NCBI RefSeq assembly: GCF_009914755.1
Contig: NC_060947.1
Length of the DNA stretch: 64,000 nucleotides
Origin: the human T2T-CHM13v2.0 reference genome, Homo sapiens
Direction: 5' to 3' (one strand)
Part shown: positions 54,261 to 64,000 of the stretch, piece after piece
Position numbering within the stretch: position 1 is the first letter of the stretch
Layout of the letters: every line of letters begins with the position of its first letter
The notes under the pieces: generated by a model
What the model saw: only the letters and a program-made list of their open reading frames with translations
Database searches by the model: none
Told to the model about the DNA's origin: nothing
Program-made: the position numbers and the translations under genes

Positions 54261-56569
54261 CAGGCATACCTTGTTTTATTGTGCTTTACTTTATCAAACT
54301 TCGTATATATTGAGTGTTATACAAATTAATGATTTGTGGTAATCTTGCATCAAGCAAGTCTATCGGCACCAATTTTTCCAACGGCACTTGCTCACTTCTT
54401 TCTCTGTATCATATTTTGATAATTCTCACATTTCAAACTTTGTCATTACATCTATTATGGTGATCTGTGATCAGTGATGATTGATATTACTATTGTAATT
54501 GTTTTGAAGTGCCACAAGACACTTAGATAAATATTGTGTGTGTTCTGACTGTTTCACAGACTTACTGGCCGTTTCCCTGTGTTTCTTCCTATGCTTGGGC
54601 TTCCCTATTCCCTGAGACATAAAAATATTGAAATGAGGCCAATCAATACCAATCCAATGGCTTCCAAGTGTTAAGTGAAAAGAAAAGTGGTATATCTCTC
54701 AATTTAAATCAAAACCTGGGAATAATTAAACTTAGTGAGGAGGGCATGTCAAAAGTCTAGACTTGTAGCAAAACCATAAGCCAAGTTGGGAATGCAAACA
54801 AAAAGTTCTTGAAGGAGATTAAAAGTGCTACTCCAGGGAACAAAGGAATGATAAGAAAACAAACAGACAGAAAAAAAAAAAAAACAACTTAGTACTGACA
54901 TGGAGGAAGTTTGAGTGATCAGGATAGAGGATCAAACCAGTCACAGTATTCCTTTAAGCCAATGCGTAATCTAGAGCAAGGCTCTAACTCTGTTCATTTC
55001 TGTGAAAGCTGAGAAAGTGAGGAGAAGAAAAGCTGGAAGATAGCAGAAAGAAGTCATCTCCATATTACAAAAGCACAAGGAGAAGAAACAAGTGCTGCTG
55101 TAGAAGCTGCAAGAAGTTATCGAGAAAATCTAAGATAAATGATGAAGATGGCTGCAGTAAACAACAATTTTTCAATGTGGACAATATGACCTTATATTGG
55201 ACTATACAGGACTTTCATATATAGAGAAAAGCAGTCAATGCCTAGCTTCAAAGTTTCAAAGGACAAGCTGACTCTTTTCTTAGAGGCTAGTGCAGCTGGT
55301 GACTTTAAGTTAAAGCCAATGCTTATTGACCATTCTGAAAATCCTAGGGCACTTAAGAATTATGCTAAGTTTACTCTGCTTGTACCCTATAAATGGAATA
55401 ATAAAGCCTGGATGATAGTACATCTGTTTATAGCATGGTTTACTGAATACTTTAAACCTACTGTTGAGACCTACTGCTAAGGAAAATAGATTCATTTCAA
55501 AATATTATTGCTTACTGACAATGCACTTGGTCACTCAAGGTCTCTGATGGAGATGCACAAGGAAATTAATGATATTTTCTTGCTTGATAACACACCTATT
55601 CTGTAGTCCATGGATCAAGGAGTAATTTGAATTTTTTTTCAAATTAAGAAATACATTTTATAAAACTATAGCTGCCATAGATTGTGATTCTCCTGATGAG
55701 TCTGTGCAAAGTATTTGGAAAACCTCCTGGAAAGGATTCACCCTTCTAGATATAATAAAGAATGTAATTTATAGGAGGACGTCAAAATATCAACAGTAAC
55801 AGGAGTTTGGGAGAACTTGCTTCCTCTCTTGGATGACTTTGAGAAGTTCAAGACTTCTGTGGAGAAAGTCACTGGAGGTGCGGTGCAAATAGCAAGAAAA
55901 CTAGAATTAGAAGCAGAACCTTCAAATATAACTGAATTGCTACAATCCTAAGCTAAAACTTGAATGGGTAAGGAGTTGCTTCTTATAGATGAACAAAGAA
56001 AGTGATTTCTTGAGATAGAATCTACTCCTGGTGAAGATACTGTGAACACTGTTGAAACAACAACAAAGGATTTTGAATGTGAAATAAACTTAGTGGTAAA
56101 GGAGTGATAGATTTGAGTGGATTGACTCCAGTTTTGAAAGAAGTTCTACTGTGGGTAAAGCATTATCAGACAGCATTGCATGCTACAGAAAAAGGAAGTG
56201 ACAATCAATGCAGCAAACATCATTGTTTTCTTGTTTTAAAAAATTGCCATAGCTACCTCAACCTTCAACAACCACCACCCTGATTAGTAAGTAGCCTTTA
56301 ATATCGAGGCAAGACCCTCCATCAGCAATAAGATTACTACTTGCTGAAGGCTCAGATGATCATTAGCATGTTTAGCAATAAAGTATTTTTAATTAAAGTA
56401 TGCATATTGCTTTTAGACATGATACTATTACACATATATATACTAAACTATTGATTCAATATTACCTTTATATGCATGGTAAAATATATTTGTGTGACCT
56501 CTTTATTGTGATATTTGGTTTATTGTGGTGGTCTGAATCCCAACCCACAATATTTCTGAGGTATGCCTG
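54261..56569 (+). mobile_element. Near full-length Tigger1 DNA transposon
   Basis: TIRs CAGGCATACCT ... AGGTATGCCTG (TA follows the right end), 2309 bp, with decayed pogo-type transposase inside. Confidence 0.96.
55238..55480 (+). pseudogene. Tigger1 transposase remnant (start of the DDE domain)
   Basis: [13 protein letters not shown]...[26 protein letters not shown]...KWNNKAWM is the Tigger1/TIGD1-type motif. The rest of the ORF is broken by stops and frameshifts. Confidence 0.9.
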
Positions 56570-56574
56570 TACAG

Positions 56575-57760
56575 GTAAACTGCTATTCAAATGAAAACCC
56601 TAGAAATTCACTTTGAATATAATGATATAGGTAGCTTAAAAGTAAAAGGATGGCAAAAGATATGTAAACCATAGTTATGACAAACCAAGGTGACCAAATT
56701 AATATTAGATAAATTAAACTTAAGAACAAATACAATAAAATGACATAAGTGAAGAGGGATATTACATATTGACAAAAAGGGTTAGTCTATCAAGAAGAAA
56801 CATCTTAAATGTGTCTGTACCAAACAACAGAGCTTCAAAATACATAAAGGAGAAAAATATCAGAACTTGAAAGAGAAAGAGATACATCCACATTTATGGT
56901 TGGTGACTTCAACACTCCTCTTTCAATGATAAAACTAACAGAAAATTAGCAAAGACATACAAGAGCTAAATAACAAGGTCAACCAATGGATTCAATTATC
57001 TGTATAACAACCTTTACCCAAAAAGAGCCAAATACACATTCTTTTTAAGTACACATGGAATAATAACCAAGAAATATACTTTGGTTCATAAAGTAAACCT
57101 TAATAATTTTGAACAATTGAGGTAATACGAAGTACATCCTCTGACAAAAATGGAACTAAACATCACACTAATGACTAAAAGATAACAGAAAAAGATCTCA
57201 AAAGATGTGAAAATTAAACAGCATATTTTAATTAATCCATTTGTCAACAAGAAATGCTCTAGGGAAATTTGAAAGTATTTTAAACTGAATGAAAATGAAA
57301 ACACAAAATGTAAAGATTTGTGGGACAGCTAAAGCAATGCTAAGAGATAAATTTATAGCACTAAACACTTAATTTCCTTTAAGAACTGTTCTTTTGCAAT
57401 CGTATCTTGAATATGTCTCAGCAAAAAGAAAGAATAAACTATTGATACAGCAACTTGGATGAATATAAAGTCATTATTCTGAGAGAAAAAGGTAGTTTCA
57501 AAAGGTTGTATAGCATAGGATTCTACTGATATGACTATGAAAACACAAAACTACTATGATTGAAAACAAATCAGTAATTAAGGATGGGTGGAGAATATGA
57601 TAATAAAGAGATAGAACTGGAAATTTTGGACACTGATGGAACTTTTCTTTGCCTGGATTATGGTGATAGTGGTTGCATGAATCTATACGTGTGTTAAAAT
57701 TCATATAATGGTAGACAAAAATTAACTGTACTGTATGAAAATTTAAAAAGTAAAAGAACA
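56575..57760 (+). mobile_element. Old L1M fragments (ORF2 endonuclease region joined to a 3'UTR)
   Basis: AACAACAGAGCTTCAAAATACAT, GGTGACTTCAACACTCCTCTTTCA, then CAACTTGGATGAAT...TGTGTTAAAATTCATA...ACTGTATGAAAATTTAAAAA. Confidence 0.8.
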
Positions 57761-60329
57761 GTAGAATGAGGTGGGGAGGGCTGGAGGAAACTCCTATAAG
57801 TGAAGGCTGGCTGTATGTCTGGCATAAAATTAGGTACTTTAATGCACACAAAAAATCTGAACTCAATGGAACAATTTGTTAATTGCATATTATCAGCTTT
57901 CTGGTTAATGTCCTTCAGTTTAAGATATAGTGGGAATTTAATGATCATAATCATGCAGTTTTTTATTTAAACCAATGTTTTCTTCTTCTAACATAATTGA
58001 GGGCAATGGTTTTCAAGGAGGCATCATTGTTTCTGATATAATATTACATTTTAAAAAGACATCTTAATAGAGTTTGATTTTTGTTTGGATTGATATTTAA
58101 AATGAGAAAGAAATTTTGAAGGGTGAAAACTTGGTATAATTTTGTACTCTTACAGCTTTAATATTTCATCATTTTAACTAAGGTATTTGAAATAATAGAA
58201 GTTGGTATTTCCAAAAAGCAAAGAAACACATATATATCATACATGGAATAATTAAGTTTTGTTTTCACAGAAATAAATATATCAGCTATTACATAACTTA
58301 AATTAATACCTTCATTTACAAAAAATGAGCTATGCTTCTTTTAGAAATATCTATCTAAGGCTTTTTATTTTTATTTGATTGGTCATTAATACTTTTCTAC
58401 ATACTGCATAGAATTCCATCAGTCTATTGGAGTATAATCTTCAGAAAATAAAAAAAAACTCTGATGAAAATGTAGAATGAACATATTAATTACTTATTTA
58501 GTTACTATGGAAACCTTTGAGATAATAAGGCTGGTTCAACAAGCGTATTGAAGAACAGGGGTTATATAATTCACCAGAAAAGGGAATCTGAAAGGTTTAC
58601 TGAGTTAGAAACCAAACAGGTAAATGTCTACAGGGCAATAAAACATTACCTTTGTCATTATGTTTTCTACCAGACAGAAATTTGTAAGTGGACAGGTAAC
58701 TTCATATAGTTTGGGTTCTAATTAAGTATTAAATTACAAAGTAAAACACAAGTACATTATCCTAAATAATAAATAGTAGAGCTATGTACTAGCACTGTAA
58801 ATAGTTTCTGCTCCTTCTTACACTAAAACAAAAATACGTGAGCATCAAAATTGAAACTTGAAAGAAAAATAAATGCTAAACACAGATTTTCACATATCTT
58901 GCAAATAATTTCTTTCTTCTCCCCTTTCCTGACTCATGAACAAAATGAAATGTGAATATTATCAAAATGTAGACATCTAAAACCAGATCACTCTAGATGC
59001 TTGAATAATTTAAAAATATTTTCTCTTTCAAAACATTTCTTTTTATTCTTTGTCCATGTTGACTTCACACTTTCCTTAAACCTTTTTCAGCAATAATTTT
59101 CTGGGATTCATTTCGTTCTGTTTCCATCCACCTTTGAACTCCTATCTTTGATATTGCATATTAGGAGTATTTCTATATGTGATACTGTAACTCTCGCATT
59201 TACAAAATGTGGCAAAGTTTATGGCCTTTGGAAGAAAATAGGGCAATTAGACATATTCGGCTGTTCAACTGTGTGACCTTATCAGCCAGATTTTCTCTAT
59301 TCTTTCCCTGTTTTACAAGTAAGTGTTCATTCAGTATCAGTACTATTACCACTGTTTTCAACTATTGAATTGACCTTTGGTTTTATAAACATCGGTATAT
59401 CAACCATTAAAATGCAATGAAAATTTGTAACTGCAATTTATCATAAAATGTCCAGAGACAGTCTGCAGAGTAACACACTGTTAATCACAATCACAATCAG
59501 AGTCTTCCATGGCATTATGTCTGCTGATAGTTGGGAGGCACTCAAACTTTTTTAGCCCAAAGGTAAAACATTTCAGTTCTATCTTCTAGAACCAGAAAAA
59601 AAAAAAACTATAGTTATCACAAGAAGGAAGTGAAAAAATATGAGCTTCATACTGAGAAAACAATATAAATTTGTATTTATCACAGTAAAAGGTAAGGAAC
59701 TGTATATTTCTAATTTGTTAATATGTATCTCCTATCATGTTCAGTTTTTTGGTGACTTTAACTTCAAATAGCCAAAGACTCAAATAGGTACTCACTACAA
59801 ACACTAGCAATTTGATCCTATTAGAAAGAATTGGTTTTTCTCCATGTTTCATTTTTTATCTCTTTCAGCAGATCTCTTCATTCAATGCCAGAAGTAAATT
59901 TTTTCAATTGTTCACCTCTGTCATATTTGGCTTAGACAAATATGTATGAGAAGAACATGTTCATTAATTTACACTATAATACTCTTAATAATTTTCATTA
60001 TGAGAAGCAATGTGAAGACCATATATATTTAATGTGTCCAGAATGTGGAGGAAATACCTGATTATAAGTAGTCAGCAAAACCTTAATTTAAAGCACATTA
60101 ATGTCTAAGCATTAGTAAATCAACCATTAAGTGCATTACTAGTCTATAAGAATAGTTCGTGGTGTTGTCTTGACTCCTATTTGCAAATATTCTTCCAATT
60201 TCTGGAAATGACTGAGAAGATAAATGGTTCTTTGTCTCTTCATTGCTCCTATATATCTTCTTTACCATGCCTTCGCTTTCATCCCACTCATATACAACTG
60301 CAAAGATGACCTGAAAGCTACAATTAACT

Positions 60330-60560
60330 TATGAATATTTTAAAAATAATTACTATATACACTATGTGGTAGCCATTGAACTAGACCTTTCATTTATGGT
60401 CTCATTTGACATGCACAGTATATTTTTAAGATATCATTATTCTAACTTTTATAGACAAGTAAAAAAAATACAGCACAGAGCGGTTTAGTGCTTAAAGTTT
60501 CAAACTTGAATGTGTCAGTTTTCAAAATTAGAGAATTTTATAGTGTATCATGTTTATTTC
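60330..60560 (-). mobile_element. Decayed MIR
   Basis: ACTATGTG...GGTCTCATTTGAC...ATTATTCTAACTTTTATAGACAAG. Confidence 0.45.
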
Positions 60561-60917
60561 TAGTTAATATGGGCCATTTTAAATTTTTTTGGTATTTGGC
60601 TTTGGAAATATCAAAAAGGGCTCCCACTGGAAACAGAAGTGTATAAAACAAAGCTTTATAAAAAATTAACACAATATCTCTTTATTCATTGAGCCACTAT
60701 GGCTGTGTTATGTTCATCTCTGTTTAAAAATACATTTAGATAAATATTGAGAAATTAGCGTTCTAAGGAAGTTTCAATATGTATTTTACCTGAGGATAAG
60801 GAGGTAAATATAGTTTTTATGGAAATGCTTATTAGAGAATGTGAATGACAGGAAAATATGGAACGTGATAATGGATAGTATTTTGTTTTTAAAATATCTT
60901 TCATCAGAACATTTCTA

Positions 60918-60920
<3 letters not shown>

Positions 60921-60954
<34 letters not shown>
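60921..60954. repeat. (AC)17 microsatellite
   Basis: Direct reading. Confidence 0.97.
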
Positions 60955-60957
<3 letters not shown>

Positions 60958-61129
60958 GCAAAAAGACACCCTAGAAATTCCCATATGGTATACAGGAATT
61001 ATGAATCTTTTTCTACTCATTTAGAAACTCTACTATAAAAAATTTAAGTAATCTGGCTGTGACTGATTGGAAATAAGTTTAAAATTTCACTGATTTCATG
61101 ACCACTTTCCTGACCAAAAAGCAAAGAAA

Positions 61130-61980
61130 GGTCTTTCACGTCTATCCCTTTTCACTTCCAGTGTTGTTATCCCAGACTGGGCTCTGTAAAGACAGTCATA
61201 AAGGCCCTCTAACTGGTCTCTTCAAAATTCAATGAATCTTCCACATCAATAACAGATAAAACTTCTTAGAGTGTTATGATGATTGTGTTTCTCATGCTCA
61301 CAGTCCTTGGCTGGACGATTCTTGCTGACCAAATGAAATCTTGTTTTCATAGTTTTTTGACCTTGAAGAGATCTTAGAGTTGATATCATGCATCCCTCTG
61401 ATTTGCCAGGTAGAAAAACCGAAGAGGGAGGGGAACTATTTATGTAAGGAATTGATTTCTTAAAAACTTTTTCAGCATATTACATGGAATTTAATGGTGT
61501 CTCACCACTCAAAAATAAAATACACATCACTCATTCTTATATATTAAAAGCCCTTTGTAATATAAGTCAAACCCACTTTCCTAGTTTTACCTATCAATAT
61601 TCCCCTGGATTACAACCATCTTTGCGTGCACATGGAATTATCTGGCATAAATGTCTTTGCTTACATATTTCCTACTTTATTCCCAGTCATTTACTGTAAG
61701 ACTATTATCCACTCTTTCAAATTTCAGATTAAACGTTACCTTGATCATCTAAAGAAGACTATATTTTATTTATTCATGCTTATGGCAATTTTCAGCCTCT
61801 TAAAGCATAGACCCCATTATATCGTGTTCACATTCTATCCCTTCTGTCTAATTCTAAGTTTTTGAACACAGATTCTGATCCTTGAACACCTATGCCTTCT
61901 TTACAACACCTAACATAGCACATTGCATGTATTAGGTGCAAAATAAATATTTGTAGCATGAATAAATACATAAGTGGATT
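61130..61980 (+). mobile_element. Decayed L2 fragments (possible MIR piece inside)
   Basis: CCTCTAACTGGTCTC, and 3' end CACCTAACATAGCAC...TAGGTGCAAAATAAATATTTGTAGCATGAATAAAT. Confidence 0.6.
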
Positions 61981-63065
61981 AATTACCAGAAATTTTCAGG
62001 GGTCCTTTTCACTTATTTTATGTGATGTCAAAACATCCAGATACTTAGGACATCTGTATGGTTGGCATCAAATAGTAAAACATATGCATGGTTAACAGAA
62101 TTTCCTTACTTTTCGTCTGAATGCTTTGGCATTGGTAAAATAGCTCAACTCTCTCAAAACCATACTATTTCTTTGGTGTAGGTTATAGTATTTTTTTCTT
62201 TGATTGAATAAAGAGCTTCAATTAAGAAAACTGACTAAAACCTATTTTAAGGCACATCTATTCAATAAAAAACACAACAGAAGTCAATTTTTTTGCAAAT
62301 TGCATCAGTCAGATCTAAGTAATGGATATAGTTGTGTGTGTGTGCACGTGCGAATATTCTCTTCCTATTGATTGAAACTTTTGGCACTCATTTCTATGAA
62401 GCCCTATGCACATTTTGTGATATTTTCTTTTATTGCAATGCTCAGATGGATCATGCATCAGCCATCAACAATCTGTTTATGAAAGAGGAAACACTCTGGG
62501 AATTGTCAGTAAGATCGTCTTCATATCAGTGCATACTAATGAACATTTGCTTTTCAATAAAACTGCTGGGCTCTGCAAAAGTAGATACTTGATAATATAT
62601 TTATTTTTCATTTTAAAAAGAATTTGTATTTGCAGGAAATGGTAGAGGGACTAGATAATCATATTTTATACTACTCTGGGTAAATATTTAGAGAGAAAAA
62701 AGCACATAAAAATAAAAGAAAGAATGCACATCAAGAATATACCTTAATAATACATAAAATATTATGATATATTGGAAAAGTAAAATGTTAACAACTTTTC
62801 ATGTTGCAGAACATAAAATTCTTTAGTAACTATATTTATTCAAAACCGAATTTTCCTTAAGACTACTTAAACTTACACATCGCTATACTTTGATTAAAGT
62901 GTTTCTAGCATTACAATTCTTTGAGAAAATTTATAAGATGTGCTTACAATGCTGAAAGTATAACAAGTATTTATCATTGATTTCTACTTTGGCTCATATT
63001 AATGAGGGAGATTTTAAACCAAAGCTACTGTGCTTGAAATCTCTATCATAAGGGGAAGTAAATAA

Positions 63066-63093
63066 GTGTGTGTGTGTGTGTGTGTGTGTGTGT
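63066..63093. repeat. (GT)14 microsatellite
   Basis: Direct reading. Confidence 0.97.
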
Positions 63094-64000
63094 ACATCAA
63101 ATTTGTTTGTTCATTCTTTCTCAAACCTCCTTTGTAAGTGCTGACTGTTGGTCCAAGTTGGAGTTAATCTACAACAAGCTCTGTGGAGCCATATAATTTG
63201 TGTTCGTTTTGACAAGTCAAATACTGACAGATTACATATAATTACATATAATGCAGAATGAAACAGTGATCAAGTTGTGCATCTAGTTCCCATCTTTGGT
63301 CACGTTGGAGATATATAGACATAAATATCTCATAGACTTTCTAACATGGTTGTTCCATAGTCTAAACCATAAAAATAAAATAATGTAGTTCCCTCCAAAG
63401 TATAACTTTCTTGTTACTCTGCTTCGTAAGTCTTCACCAGTGATCAAAACCAGTATCAATACATTTCTCTTTTTTTTCCCAAGTAGAATTTAATTCGTAT
63501 TTTTAATTTGTTTTTTCTGTTGCAGGTTTACAATAATGACTGATTTTTTAAAAATAAAACTTGATTGTTTTTAAATCACTGTTGTTGAGTGTGTGTCTGG
63601 TTTCTGGATCTTTGTAACACTCTTCTATTTATACCCAAGAGTGAAATTAATACTGCAGGCATGAAAGCTGTATTATGAAAGAAAATAATTTCTTGTTTAC
63701 CTTTAAAATATCTTAACTTCTAACTTTTTAAATTTTTTAAAATTTTGAACCTCAACCTCAATATCTATCTGAGACTGACTTTGGATATTGGTTTTGCTAA
63801 TCTTATATTTCCTGGTTTTCTGACCTTAGACTGGTTTTTGGGCATGGTATTCTGTCTTTCTTGTATCTTATGCCACAGTTCTCTACCTTATCAGTTTTTA
63901 TCCCAGGTTCTGTCATTTTTTTAAGACCTACTGCTTGTATAACTACTGATATTAGGTGAAAATGCATTCTGTTCTCATGTACATTTTCTAAATATGCCAC

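Overview
AT-rich, CpG-poor primate genomic DNA with no supportable protein-coding gene, RNA gene or CRISPR. An L1PA2-type 3' end points to a hominid, most likely human, intergenic or deep-intronic region. The ORF track is explained by repeats: Alu, THE1, microsatellites, decayed L1 ORF2 and Tigger1 transposase. The window is a dense transposon fossil record: seven near-full Alus plus one fragment, old L1M blocks, L2/MIR, MaLR LTRs including a cluster of five THE1 loci, a MER52/LTR27-group solo LTR, MER2, MER47A, MER58, MER5 and a near-full Tigger1. Family names come from recalled consensus motifs, not a database search. I see no new multi-gene system. The most interesting signals are structural. 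(1) Target-site duplications are reciprocally swapped and reverse-complemented between two inverted THE1 loci, and the LTRs are mosaic, implying a hidden ~5-7 kb inversion at ~37.6-45.2 kb. (2) A 59-bp perfect copy of 7596-7654 is inserted at 4453, inside a duplicated palindrome. (3) An ancient TIR-bounded hairpin element (MER121-like) lies at 7017-7194. (4) A young 5'-truncated L1 with a perfect TSD sits inside a MIR.
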